This document shows positions 47,153 through 57,196 of a stretch of DNA of 64,000 bases, piece by piece (the first letter of the stretch is position 1; every line of letters starts with the position of its first letter). The notes below the pieces were generated by a model. That model saw nothing but the letters and a program-made list of their open reading frames with translations. It made no database searches and had not been told where the DNA came from. The stretch spans positions 256,001 through 320,000 of the forward strand of contig CAVYBU010000002.1 in NCBI GenBank assembly GCA_963766735.1, read 5' to 3'. The DNA comes from an uncultured Chloroflexia bacterium (lineage in GTDB: Bacteria > Chloroflexota > Limnocylindria > Limnocylindrales > CSP1-4). A program made the translations under genes and the position numbers.

Positions 47153-49459
47153 ATGCCCGATCAGGTCGTCCGCGATCCCGACGTCCCGCCCGCTGCGGCC
47201 CGCGCCGCGTCCCGGGGCGGGCGCCGTGGCGCCCGTCGCGAGATGGATGCGGTTGAGATCGCGGACGTCGTGCCGATCCCGGCCGTCGGCCCCGTCCCCG
47301 CCGCGATGGCCCTGGACCTCCCGGCGCTCCGCGGCGCGCTGCTCGCGTCCGTCGCGCAACACCTCCCCCAGGCCGACCTGTCCATGATCGATCGCGCCTT
47401 CGATCTCGCCGTGGACGCGCACAGCAGCCAGATCCGGGCATCCGGAGAGCCGTACGTCGCACACCCGATCGCTTCCGCGCAGATCCTCGCGGATCTCGGC
47501 ATCGATCCGGTTGCCGTCTCCGCCGCCCTCCTCCACGACGTCGCCGAGGACACCGAGTACGACCTCGCCGACGTGGAGGAGCGGTTCGGGCCCGAGATCG
47601 CCCACCTGGTCGACGGGGTGACCAAGCTTTCCAAGTTCAGCACCCACAGCCACGAGCAGCAGCAGGCCGAGAACATCCGGAAGATGTTCCTGGCCATGGC
47701 GGACGACATCCGGGTCGTCCTCATCAAGCTTGCGGACCGGCTCCACAACATGCGCACCCTGGGTGCCCTCCCGACGGAGAAGCAGCAGCGCATCGCCCGC
47801 CAGACGATGGAGATCTACGCCCCGCTCGCGGAGCGCCTCGGGATCTGGCAGATCAAGTGGGAGCTGGAGGACCTCTCGTTCAAGGTGCTCGAGCCCGAGT
47901 CCTATCGGGACCTGGCCAAGCTCCTGGACACCCGCCGGACCGGTCGCGAGACGTTCATCGAACGGGCCATCGCGGAGCTCCGCCCGCGACTTGCGGATGC
48001 GGGCATCGATGCCGAGCTCCAGGGCCGTCCGAAGCACATCTACAGCATCTGGAAGAAGATGCAGCGCAAGGGCGCGGAGTTCGGCGAGATCTACGACGTC
48101 TACGCCGTCCGCCTCCTGGTCGAGGACATCCGGGAATGCTATGCGGCGCTGGGCACCGTGCACGCGCTGTGGCGCCCGATCCCGGGCCAGTTCGACGACT
48201 ACATCGCGGTCCCCAAGAACAACCTCTACCAGTCGCTGCACACCGCCGTCATCGCCTTCGATGGCAAGCCCCTGGAGATCCAGATCCGCACCCACGCGAT
48301 GCACCAGGTGTCCGAGGTGGGCATCGCGGCCCACTGGCGGTACAAGGAGGGATCCAAGGCCGAGCGCGACTACGACGCGAAGCTCGCCTGGCTCCGCCAG
48401 CTCATGGAGTGGCAGCGCGACGTCAGCGAGTCCGACGCGACCGAGTTCCTCGAGGGGATCAAGCTCGATATCTTCCAGGATCAGGTCTTCGTGTTCACGC
48501 CGCGTGGCGACGTCAAGGATCTCCCTGCAGGTGCCACGCCGCTCGACTTCGCCTACCGGATCCACACCGACGTCGGGCATCGGACGATCGGCGCCAAGGT
48601 CAACAACCGCCTGGTCCCGCTGGACTACCGGCTCAAGAACGGCGACATCGTCGAGATCGTGACGACCAAGGGTGAGCACGGTCCGTCGCGGGACTGGATG
48701 AACATCGTCCGGACCTCGCACGCCCGCGAGAAGATTCGCCAGTGGTTCAAGAAGAAGGACCGCGCGGAGAACATCGTCCACGGGCGGGAGTCCCTGGAGC
48801 GCGAGCTGCGACGCCTCGCCCGGACGAACCTCCAGGCCATCGGCCACGACAAGCTGGTCGAGGTGACGAACCTGTACAAGCACGAGACGGTGGACGACTT
48901 CCTGGCCGCCATCGGGTATGGCGCCATCTCGGCCCAGCAGGTGGTCATGCGCCTGGGCGTCCTCGACGACGGCGAGATCACGCTGCCCACGGTCGCCCCG
49001 CCGCAGCCACCACGGACGGGCGGCGTCCGGGTCAAGGGGGTCGGGGACCTGCTTGTCCGGTTCGCCAAGTGCTGCCATCCGATCCCGGGTGATCCCATCG
49101 CGGGGTTCATCACCCGGGGCAAGGGGATCACGGTCCACCTGCGCTCCTGCCCCACGGTGATCAATGAGCGCGAGGTCACCCGCCTGATCGAGGTTGAGTG
49201 GGAGGCGGCACCCTCGCAGACCTACCCGATCGCGATCCGGGTGGAGGCGTACGACCGTACCGGCCTCCTGTCCGAGATCACCCAGGTGATGGCGGAGAAC
49301 AAGGTCAACATCCTGGCAGCCAACGTCGGCGTGAACCCGGATCACACGGCGGTGGTGACGATGACGCTGCAGGTGGCATCGGTCGCCCAGCTGGCCAAGG
49401 TCATGAGCCGCGCGGAGCAGCTCAAGGACGTCCTCAGCGTCCAGCGCGACCTGAGCTAG
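47153..49459 (+). CDS. rel: Long RSH (p)ppGpp synthetase/hydrolase
   Basis: RASGEPY..HP, LLHDVAEDT (intact HD), KLADRLHN, GRPKH, YQSLHT, EIQIRT, then TGS, AKCC and ACT domains. Confidence 0.96.
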   Translation: MPDQVVRDPDVPPAAARAASRGGRRGARREMDAVEIADVVPIPAVGPVPAAMALDLPALRGALLASVAQHLPQADLSMIDRAFDLAVDAHSSQIRASGEPYVAHPIASAQILADLGIDPVAVSAALLHDVAEDTEYDLADVEERFGPEIAHLVDGVTKLSKFSTHSHEQQQAENIRKMFLAMADDIRVVLIKLADRLHNMRTLGALPTEKQQRIARQTMEIYAPLAERLGIWQIKWELEDLSFKVLEPESYRDLAKLLDTRRTGRETFIERAIAELRPRLADAGIDAELQGRPKHIYSIWKKMQRKGAEFGEIYDVYAVRLLVEDIRECYAALGTVHALWRPIPGQFDDYIAVPKNNLYQSLHTAVIAFDGKPLEIQIRTHAMHQVSEVGIAAHWRYKEGSKAERDYDAKLAWLRQLMEWQRDVSESDATEFLEGIKLDIFQDQVFVFTPRGDVKDLPAGATPLDFAYRIHTDVGHRTIGAKVNNRLVPLDYRLKNGDIVEIVTTKGEHGPSRDWMNIVRTSHAREKIRQWFKKKDRAENIVHGRESLERELRRLARTNLQAIGHDKLVEVTNLYKHETVDDFLAAIGYGAISAQQVVMRLGVLDDGEITLPTVAPPQPPRTGGVRVKGVGDLLVRFAKCCHPIPGDPIAGFITRGKGITVHLRSCPTVINEREVTRLIEVEWEAAPSQTYPIAIRVEAYDRTGLLSEITQVMAENKVNILAANVGVNPDHTAVVTMTLQVASVAQLAKVMSRAEQLKDVLSVQRDLS

Positions 49460-49529
49460 GTCCGGAGTCGGGCGGCGATCGTCGGGCCGGTGCCGGGACC
49501 GGCGCCGAGGACCGCGGGCGGGGTCGAGC

Positions 49530-50795
49530 TCAGCCCGCCGTCCCCCGGACCACGCTCTCACGCGGCACGTCGATGAGCCGGATCCGTCGCAGCCGCCAGA
49601 AGGCGGCCAGCCCGAGCAGAGCGCAGGCGGCGCCGCCTGCGGCCAGCGACACGTCCACCCCGAACCGGGACGCGATCCAGCCCATCAGCAGCCCGCCGAT
49701 CGGCGCGGAACCGGCAAACACCGTCGTGTAGACGCTCATCACGCGGCCGCGCAGCTCATCAGGGGCCGCCAGCTGGATGACCGTGTTCGCGGTGGCCGCC
49801 ATCGCGATCGCCCCGAAGCCCATGAACCCCATCGCCAGCAAGGCCAGGGGGAAGGCCTGCACCGCGGCGGCGAAGATCTCGGCCACTCCCAGCAGCAGGG
49901 CGCCGCCGGCAATCAAGGCGGGCCTGGCGCGCCCCGAGAACGCGATCGACAGGGCCGCGGTCAACGCCCCGATCCCCGAAGCTGCCATGAGGAATCCGTA
50001 GCCCGCGGCGTCGGTGTGGAGCACGTCCCGTGCGAGGGCCGGGATGACCACGTTGAAGTTCATCGCGAACAGGCCCGCCAGCCCGACGACGATCGTGGCC
50101 AAGAGGACCAGGTCCGCCTGGCGCACATAGCGGAGGCCCTCGGCGAGCGACCGGCCCACCCCTCGGATCGTGTGCGGCCGGTTGAGCACGGGCGGCGAGC
50201 CCAGCTCCTCGTCGCGCATCAGGCCGTAGCCCACGATCACCGCGATGAAGCTGATCCCGTTGAGCAGGAACGCGACCGAGATGCCGACGGCCGCGATGGC
50301 CAGGCCCGCGATCGCCGGCCCCACGATGCGCGCCCCGTTGAAGATCGCGGAGTTGAGTGCCACCGCGTTGGGCAGGTCCTGTCGCCCCACCATCTCCACG
50401 ACGAACGATTGACGGGTGGGCATGTCCACGGCATTCGTGATCCCCAGCAGCGCAGCCAGCACGAGGATCTGCCAGACCTCCACGACGCCGGTGGCCGTGA
50501 GCCCGAAGAGGATGAGGGCCAGAGCCATCTGGATCACCTGCGTCGCGATCAGCGTGGGCCGCTTCGGCAGCGCGTCCGCGATCAGCCCGCCGAACAGCCC
50601 GAGGACCATCACCGGCAGGAATTGCATCGCGGCCGTCAGGCCGAGCATGAACGGATCCCCGGTGATCTCGAGGACGAGCCACGCCTGGCCGACCTGCTGC
50701 ATCCAGGTACCGATCAGCGAGATCAGCTGGCCGGTGAAGAACAGCCGGTAGTTGCGGTGAGCGAAGGCCCGCGATCCCTTTGCCAGCAGGCTCAT
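49530..50795 (-). CDS. MFS transporter
   Basis: RNYRLFFTGQLISLIGTWMQ, GGLIADALPKR, ARIVGPAIAG and DELRGRVMS; about 12 TM. Confidence 0.9.
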   Translation of the reverse strand: MSLLAKGSRAFAHRNYRLFFTGQLISLIGTWMQQVGQAWLVLEITGDPFMLGLTAAMQFLPVMVLGLFGGLIADALPKRPTLIATQVIQMALALILFGLTATGVVEVWQILVLAALLGITNAVDMPTRQSFVVEMVGRQDLPNAVALNSAIFNGARIVGPAIAGLAIAAVGISVAFLLNGISFIAVIVGYGLMRDEELGSPPVLNRPHTIRGVGRSLAEGLRYVRQADLVLLATIVVGLAGLFAMNFNVVIPALARDVLHTDAAGYGFLMAASGIGALTAALSIAFSGRARPALIAGGALLLGVAEIFAAAVQAFPLALLAMGFMGFGAIAMAATANTVIQLAAPDELRGRVMSVYTTVFAGSAPIGGLLMGWIASRFGVDVSLAAGGAACALLGLAAFWRLRRIRLIDVPRESVVRGTAG

Positions 50796-51292
50796 TCGCC
50801 GGGATCGGAGTGCGGCACCGGCTCCCGGCCGGCATCGATGTCCGCGAGATGTCCCTCGAGGTGGGCCCGCCGCTCGGAAGCTTCCGCGAGCATTGCCTCC
50901 AGCCTCGCAACCTTGCCCTGCAGCGTCGCCACCTGTCGGTCCGCCCTGTCCAGGGCGTCCACCACCAGCGCCCGTCGCTCGGCCGTATCCATGCTCGTCC
51001 TGAACCTGGTTCGGTTGCGGGCCCGGGCCTGGTCGTCCTCGAGGAGCTGCCCGATCTCGGCAAGCGAGAACCCGGCGTCGTCCCGGAGCCCGCGGATGAA
51101 CCGGAGCCGCTGGAGGTCCTCTGCGTCGTAGAGGCGGTAGGCGCCGCCGGACCGCGCGGCCGGGGCAAGGAGGTCCAGCTCCTCGTAGTAGCGGATCGCC
51201 CGCGGGGTGAGCCCGGTCGCCTCGGCGACCTCCTGGATACGCAGGAGAGGCTCCGTGACGGCGTCGCGGCCGGGTGGATCGAGTTCTCTCAC
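50792..51292 (-). CDS. MerR-family transcriptional regulator (no Cys)
   Basis: RIQEVAEATGLTPRAIRYYEELDLL..R..G.YRLY HTH plus coiled coil. Overlaps the MFS start. Confidence 0.9.
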   Translation of the reverse strand: MRELDPPGRDAVTEPLLRIQEVAEATGLTPRAIRYYEELDLLAPAARSGGAYRLYDAEDLQRLRFIRGLRDDAGFSLAEIGQLLEDDQARARNRTRFRTSMDTAERRALVVDALDRADRQVATLQGKVARLEAMLAEASERRAHLEGHLADIDAGREPVPHSDPGE

Positions 51293-51298
51293 CGGGCC

Positions 51299-51340
51299 AT
51301 TCTATGCGAACCTTACCGTTCGCGTAAACGTTAGGGTCAG
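51299..51340 (-). promoter_or_regulatory. MerR-type promoter/operator
   Basis: Minus strand CTGACC-19 nt-TAAGGT overlapped by the dyad ACCcTAACGTT-tacgcg-AACGgTAaGGT. A second TAGAAT lies 6 nt before the GTG. Confidence 0.65.
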
Positions 51341-51485
51341 GGCGTCGGCATGGCCGTGTTCGGGCTTTCGTGCGACAATGGGGGCCTTCGCGACCCCTCG
51401 TCGCGATGCGCCGCGTGGTCGACCTCTCTCTTCGAACGGACCGTGCGTCACCGCATTCCCTGTTCGGGGAGCGAAGGAGGCCCAT

Positions 51486-51689
51486 ATGGCCACCGGAACA
51501 ATCAAGCGCATCGTGGCCGACCGCGGCTTCGGATTCATTGCCGCCGAGGATGAGAAGGAGTACTTCTTCCATCGCGGCGGTCTCGACGCATCGCTCGACT
51601 TCGACCGTCTGGTCGGCGGCGAGAAGGTCGAGTTCGACGTCGAGGCAAGCCCCAAGGGTCCCCGCGCCAACCACGTGCGCGCGGCCTGA
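51486..51689 (+). CDS. csp: Cold-shock domain protein
   Basis: MATGTIK, RGFGFI (RNP1), YFFH (RNP2) and PKGPRA. AAGGAGG SD with a leader of about 100 nt. Confidence 0.93.
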   Translation: MATGTIKRIVADRGFGFIAAEDEKEYFFHRGGLDASLDFDRLVGGEKVEFDVEASPKGPRANHVRAA

Positions 51690-51789
51690 GACAACGACCG
51701 GCGCCCGTCCACGTGGCGGGCGCCGCATCATCCCGACCATTGTCCGCGCCCGTCGTGTGCAAGCCGGCCAGATCGCACGAGGAACCCGC

Positions 51790-52950
51790 ATGACCCGGTC
51801 GGCGTTCGTGTCGACGTATCCGCCGCGTCACTGCGGCATCGCCACCTACACGCAGCATCTCGCCACCGCGGTTGGCGGCCGCGAGATCGTGGCCCTGCAC
51901 GCATCGGACCTGCCCTCGCCCTACCCGCTCGAGGTGCACCACCGCCTCCGCGTCACCGAGCCGGATGAGTTCTCGCGCACCGCAGCCTCGCTGCGTGCCT
52001 GCGCCGACGTCGTCTCGATCCAGCACGCGTTCGGGATCTGGGGACCGGACGAGACCGCCGTCCTGGACTTCGCCGACTCCCTCGAGGTCCCGGCCGTCGT
52101 CACCTTCCACGACGTGCCCGCCTCACCGACGCCCGAGCAGCACAGCATCATCGCCGGGGTCTCGGCATCGGTCCTTGGCACCGTCGCGCTGTCGCAGGCC
52201 GCGGCGGCGCTCCTGACGGACGTCTACGGCGTGGATCCCACGGGCATCACGGTGCTCCCGCACGGGATCCCGGACCTGCCGTACCTCGACGCTGAGACCG
52301 TCAAGCCCGCCGTCGGCATGGGCGGCCGGGACGTCCTGCTGAGCTTCGGACTGCTGGGGCCGGGCAAGGGGGTCGATCTGGCCCTCGAGGCGCTCCCCGC
52401 GATCATCGCTGCGCGCCCAACGACCATGTACGTCGTGCTGGGTGCCACCAATCCGCACCTGTCGGCCGAGGCCGCGGAGGCCTACCGCGCAGGGCTCGTT
52501 GCCCAGGTGGCCCGGCTGGGTATCGGGGACCACGTCCAGGTCGTCGATCGCTTCGTCGGGCGGGTTGAGCTCACCCGCTGGCTGGAAGCGGCGGACGTCA
52601 TCCTGGCGCCCTACGTGGACCCGGGCAAGAGCTCGTCGGGGACGCTGCCCTATGCCCTGGGTGCCGGGCGGCCGGTGGTCGCCACGGCGTTCTCGCACGC
52701 CAGGGAAGTGCTCGCGGATGGCCGCGGCGTCCTCGTTCCGCATGGTGATCCGGCGGCGCTCGCGTCCGCGGTCGTGGGCCTGCTCGCTGACGCCGAGGGA
52801 CGCGTGGCGATGGGACGCCTGGCCCACGAGTACAGCCGGTCGATGACCTGGTGGGAGATCGGAGCCAGGCACCGCGACCTGCTGCTCACGATTGCCTCTG
52901 CGCCGGTACCCAAGCGCGACACGCGTCGCCCGCCCGCCCGCCTCGCCTGA
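51790..52950 (+). CDS. GT4-family glycosyltransferase
   Basis: STYPPRHCGIATY, IQHAFGIWG, LSFGLLGPGKG and SGTLPYALGAG. Confidence 0.88.
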   Translation: MTRSAFVSTYPPRHCGIATYTQHLATAVGGREIVALHASDLPSPYPLEVHHRLRVTEPDEFSRTAASLRACADVVSIQHAFGIWGPDETAVLDFADSLEVPAVVTFHDVPASPTPEQHSIIAGVSASVLGTVALSQAAAALLTDVYGVDPTGITVLPHGIPDLPYLDAETVKPAVGMGGRDVLLSFGLLGPGKGVDLALEALPAIIAARPTTMYVVLGATNPHLSAEAAEAYRAGLVAQVARLGIGDHVQVVDRFVGRVELTRWLEAADVILAPYVDPGKSSSGTLPYALGAGRPVVATAFSHAREVLADGRGVLVPHGDPAALASAVVGLLADAEGRVAMGRLAHEYSRSMTWWEIGARHRDLLLTIASAPVPKRDTRRPPARLA

Positions 52951-53008
52951 ACCCCCGTTTCGGCAGCGGCCGGCCAGGGATGCCCTTCCGGCTCTAGACT
53001 TCTGAACG

Positions 53009-54298
53009 ATGCCGACCTTCCGCGCCCCCCGGGGCACCCGTGACCTCCTGCCCGATGACCGTGCCGTCTTCGACCGCCTGCTGCGGACGGCAGCGGACCT
53101 GACCTCGCGCTATGGCTATCGGCCCATCGAGACGCCGCTGTTCGAGCAGGCCGCGGTCTTCGAACGGGGGATCGGCGAGGTCACCGACGTCGTGGAGAAG
53201 GAGCTGTTCCGGCTGGCGCCGCGGACCGAGGAATCGGAAGCCTGGGCGTTGCGGCCGGAACCGACCGCCGGGATCGTCCGGGCCTACATCCAGCACGGGA
53301 TGCAGACCTGGCCGCAGCCGGTGAAGCTGACCACCACGGGGCCGATGTTCCGCTACGACCGCCCGCAGGCCGGCCGCTTCCGCCAGTTCTGGCAGTTCGA
53401 CGTGGAGGCAATCGGGGACGCAGGTCCGGCCATCGACGCCGAGATCATCGAGCTGGGGCACCGCTTCTACACGGAGGCCGGCGTCCGGGACGTGGAGGTG
53501 CTGGTCAACTCGATTGGCGACCCGGCGTGCCGACCGGCCTACATCGCCGGGCTGACGGACCACTACCGGGGCCACGCTGCCAGCCTGCCGCCCACGGAGC
53601 TGGAGCGCCTCGAGCGCAACGCGCTGCGGCTGCTGGACTCCAAGGACCCCGCGATGGCGGAGCTCAACGCTCGGGCGCCGCGCATCACGGATCACCTGTG
53701 CGAGGCCTGCGCGGATCATTTCGAGTCCGTGAAGGCGCACCTCCACGCGCTGGGTGTCCCGTTCCGCGTGGAAGCGGGCCTCGTCCGAGGGCTGGATTAC
53801 TACACCCGCACGGCCTTCGAGTTCTACGTGTCCGGGCGCGAGGGACAGCAGCAGGCACTGGGCGGCGGCGGACGGTACGACGGCCTCGTGGCGCTTCTGG
53901 GTGGCAGGCCGACGCCGGGCATCGGCTTCGGGCTTGGGCTGGATAGGGTGGCGCTGGTGCTGGCGGAGCAGGGGGGCTCGGCCGTGCATGCCGAGCCCGG
54001 GCCGCTGGCCGTGGTGGTGGGCGCGACGCCGGACGACACGGTTGGCCGCCTCCGCGTGGCAACCGAGCTGCGGGCGGCGCGACTTCGTGTCCGGGCGGAT
54101 CTCGGGCGACGGAAGCTCGGACGCCAGCTCGAAGCCGCCGGCCGGGACGGCGCCCACTTCGCCGTCATCCTGGGTGACGAGCTCGAAGCCGGACAGGTGC
54201 AGCTGCGGGACCTGCTGGCCGGGACCCAGCGGCTGGTTCCGATCGGCGACCTGGCCCGCGAGCTCGCCCGCGCCGAGGCCGGCCACAAGCACGGCTGA
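53009..54298 (+). CDS. hisS: Histidine--tRNA ligase
   Basis: PRGTRD, LRPEPTA, FRYDRPQAGRFRQF, VRGLDYY and GGGRYD. Confidence 0.97.
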   Translation: MPTFRAPRGTRDLLPDDRAVFDRLLRTAADLTSRYGYRPIETPLFEQAAVFERGIGEVTDVVEKELFRLAPRTEESEAWALRPEPTAGIVRAYIQHGMQTWPQPVKLTTTGPMFRYDRPQAGRFRQFWQFDVEAIGDAGPAIDAEIIELGHRFYTEAGVRDVEVLVNSIGDPACRPAYIAGLTDHYRGHAASLPPTELERLERNALRLLDSKDPAMAELNARAPRITDHLCEACADHFESVKAHLHALGVPFRVEAGLVRGLDYYTRTAFEFYVSGREGQQQALGGGGRYDGLVALLGGRPTPGIGFGLGLDRVALVLAEQGGSAVHAEPGPLAVVVGATPDDTVGRLRVATELRAARLRVRADLGRRKLGRQLEAAGRDGAHFAVILGDELEAGQVQLRDLLAGTQRLVPIGDLARELARAEAGHKHG

Positions 54299-54354
54299 CC
54301 GCGTTTCGGCGTCTCCACCCCCTGGCCGGGTGCGTGACGTAGGATGGTCCCCCC

Positions 54355-56253
54355 TTGGAATCGAAGCCGGAGACCACGTCCTTGTCCGCAGATCGCCCCA
54401 CGTCCGCCACCCCGTATCGCACCCATACCTGTGGGGCGCTGCGCACGGATGATGCCGGCGCGACCGCGAAGCTGGCCGGCTGGGTCCACCGCCGCCGCGA
54501 CTACGGGAAGCTGATCTTCATCGATCTGCGGGACCGTCACGGCATCACCCAGGTGGTGATCGACGCGGCCGACGCTCCCGAGGCGCACGAGATCGCCAAT
54601 CGGGCCCGCCCCGAGTTCGTGATCGCGGTCGAGGGAGCGGTCGAGAAGCGCCAGCCGGGGCAGGAGAACGCGAGGCTGGCGACCGGTGCCGTGGAGCTCC
54701 AGGTTCGCACGATCACAATCCTGAGCGAGGCGAAGACACCGCCGTTCTACATCAACGACCCGGACGCCACCATCGACGAGAGCCTTCGCCTCAAGTACCG
54801 CTACCTCGACATCCGGCGCGAGGCGATGCAGGGCCGCCTGCTGCTGCGCAGCCGACTGGTCCAGGCGATCCGGGAGGTCCACCACGACAACGGCTTCGTG
54901 GAGGTGGAGACCCCCAACCTGATCAAGAGCACGCCGGAGGGCGCGCGGGACTTCATCGTCCCCAGCCGCCTCCAGCCGGGCACCGTCTACGCCCTGCCAC
55001 AGAGCCCCCAGCAGCTCAAGCAGCTGCTCATGGTGGCCGGCGTCGACCGCTACTTCCAGATCGCCCGCTGCTTCCGTGACGAAGACCTGCGCGGGGACCG
55101 GCAGCCGGAGTTCACCCAGCTCGACCTCGAGATGAGCTTCGTGGACGAGCCCGCCGTCATGGCCTTCATCGAGGCAATGGTCATCGAGGTCACGAAGGCC
55201 ACCGCCCCGGACCGGCCGATCCGCGAGATCCCGTTCCCGGTGTTCGAATACGACGAGGCCATCGAGCGCTTCGGCTCGGACAAGCCGGACCTCCGGTTCG
55301 CGATGGAGCTGTTCGACCTGGCGCCCGCCCTGCTCGCGGCCGATGGCACGCCGGCATCCGGATTCCGCGTATTCGACGAGACGCTGGCGGCCGGCAACCG
55401 CGTCAAGGGCATCACGGCTCCGGGCATGGGCGGCACGACTCGTCGCGAGATCGACGAGCTGACCGACCTGGCGAAGCGGTTCGGTGCCCACGGACTGGTC
55501 CACCTCTCCGTCCAGCCGGGCGGCGAGCTGCACGGCCCCATCGCCAAGTTCCTCTCCGCCGAGGTTCAGACCGCCGTCCGCGAGCGCGCCGGCGCCGGTG
55601 AGGGAGACCTGATCCTCATCATCGCGGACGGCTCCGTCATGGCCAACGACGTCCTCGGCCGCCTCCGCGTGGAGCTGGGCTCACGCCTGCGTCTCGCAGA
55701 CCCGGACGAGCTGGCGTACTGCTGGGTCCATCGGTTCCCGATGTACCAGTGGGATGAGCCGTTCCAGCGCTGGGACGCCACGCACAATCCGTTCAGCGGC
55801 GTGGTCCCCGAGGACGAGGTCCTGCTCACGACCACCTCGGGAGACCTGGACATCCGCTCGCCCGGCGACCCGGCCGGCCGGGCCCGGGCGATGCAGTACG
55901 ACGTGGCGCTCAACGGCTGGGAGCTGGGCGGCGGCTCGGTCCGGATCTGGGATCCGAAGCTGCTGGCACGGAGCTTCAACCTGCAGGGCTACACCCTCGA
56001 GCAGATGCGGGAGCGCTTCGGGGCGATCCTGGAGGCATTCGAGTACGGCGCGCCGCCGCACGCCGGGATCGCCCTGGGCGTGGACCGCTGGGCGGCGCTC
56101 CTCAGCTACCAGACGAACATCCGCGAGGTGATGGCGTTCCCCAAGACCCAATCCGGCACGGACCTGATGCTCGAGGCTCCGTCCGCGCCCGACGAGGGCC
56201 AGTACGCGGAGCTCGGGCTGCAATTCGTCGGGCTCCCGGGCAAGCCCGCCTGA
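54355..56253 (+). CDS. aspS: Aspartate--tRNA ligase
   Basis: YRTHTCG, STPEGARDF, LPQSPQ, FRDEDLRGDRQPEFTQ and GAPPHAGIALG. TTG start is uncertain. Confidence 0.96.
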   Translation: MESKPETTSLSADRPTSATPYRTHTCGALRTDDAGATAKLAGWVHRRRDYGKLIFIDLRDRHGITQVVIDAADAPEAHEIANRARPEFVIAVEGAVEKRQPGQENARLATGAVELQVRTITILSEAKTPPFYINDPDATIDESLRLKYRYLDIRREAMQGRLLLRSRLVQAIREVHHDNGFVEVETPNLIKSTPEGARDFIVPSRLQPGTVYALPQSPQQLKQLLMVAGVDRYFQIARCFRDEDLRGDRQPEFTQLDLEMSFVDEPAVMAFIEAMVIEVTKATAPDRPIREIPFPVFEYDEAIERFGSDKPDLRFAMELFDLAPALLAADGTPASGFRVFDETLAAGNRVKGITAPGMGGTTRREIDELTDLAKRFGAHGLVHLSVQPGGELHGPIAKFLSAEVQTAVRERAGAGEGDLILIIADGSVMANDVLGRLRVELGSRLRLADPDELAYCWVHRFPMYQWDEPFQRWDATHNPFSGVVPEDEVLLTTTSGDLDIRSPGDPAGRARAMQYDVALNGWELGGGSVRIWDPKLLARSFNLQGYTLEQMRERFGAILEAFEYGAPPHAGIALGVDRWAALLSYQTNIREVMAFPKTQSGTDLMLEAPSAPDEGQYAELGLQFVGLPGKPA

Positions 56254-56269
56254 CCGCGCTGTCCGCAGC

Positions 56270-57190
56270 GTGACCGCGCTCGGGGCCGTCGCCTCCCGGC
56301 CGCGGACCGCCGCTGTGGTCGGCGCCCTGACGATCGCCTTCTCCGCGATCTTCTACGTCTGGGCGGACGTGTCTCCGGCCACAGGCGTCTTCTTCCGCTG
56401 CCTGTATGGGCTTCCGATCCTCCTCCTCGTCGCCCTCTCGGAACGGCGCGCACTCGGGCCGATGACCCGCCGGACGGTCGGGCTGAGCACGCTGGCCGGC
56501 GTGGTCTTCGCGGTCGACCTCCTGAGCTTCCACTACGCCGTCGACCTGATCGGGGCGGGCCTGGGTACCGTGATGGGCAACCTCCAGGTCCTGATCGTCG
56601 GCCTGGCGGCCTGGGCGCTCTTCGGCGAGCGGTTGCGCCGCGAGGTCATCGTCGCGCTGCCGATCATGCTGGCCGGGGTGGTGCTGATCTCGGGCCTGGT
56701 GGGATCGGAAGCGTACGGATCGAACCCGCAGCTGGGCGTCCTCATCGGGCTGGTGACGGCCGCGTCGTACGCCGGGTACCTGCTGGTGATCCGTCGGGCG
56801 AGCCCGGACCGGAGGCCTGCCGGACCAGTCGCGATCGCCACCGCCGTGACCGCGGTGCTGGCCGGGCTGTTCGGGGCTGCGATCGGGGACCTTGACCTCG
56901 CGCCGGGCCTTCCGGCCCACCTCTACCTGCTGGCGCTGGGGATCCTGTCGCAGTCCATCGGCTACCTGTTCATCCAGACCTCACTGCCCAGGCTGCCCGC
57001 GGTTATCACGTCCGTGCTGCTGCTCGTGCAGCCGGTGGCCACGCTCGTGCTCGGAGCGATCCTCCTGGCCGAGGCTCCATCCGGCTGGCAGCTGGCGGGT
57101 GTGGCGCTGGTGCTCGGCGGGATGGCGCTCGCGACCGGTGCGCCCGCCCGAATCCGTGCGGCAATGGCGCCACGGGGAACTGCGCCGTAG
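56270..57190 (+). CDS. DMT/EamA family transporter
   Basis: About ten TM segments in two repeats, with FGER and LVQPV..L...LLAE motifs. Confidence 0.85.
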   Translation: MTALGAVASRPRTAAVVGALTIAFSAIFYVWADVSPATGVFFRCLYGLPILLLVALSERRALGPMTRRTVGLSTLAGVVFAVDLLSFHYAVDLIGAGLGTVMGNLQVLIVGLAAWALFGERLRREVIVALPIMLAGVVLISGLVGSEAYGSNPQLGVLIGLVTAASYAGYLLVIRRASPDRRPAGPVAIATAVTAVLAGLFGAAIGDLDLAPGLPAHLYLLALGILSQSIGYLFIQTSLPRLPAVITSVLLLVQPVATLVLGAILLAEAPSGWQLAGVALVLGGMALATGAPARIRAAMAPRGTAP

Positions 57191-57196
57191 GCCGCG

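Noticed and set aside
51380-51485. Novel RNA in the csp leader
   Set aside because: Long structured 5' UTRs are an expected feature of cold-shock genes, and I saw nothing beyond that.
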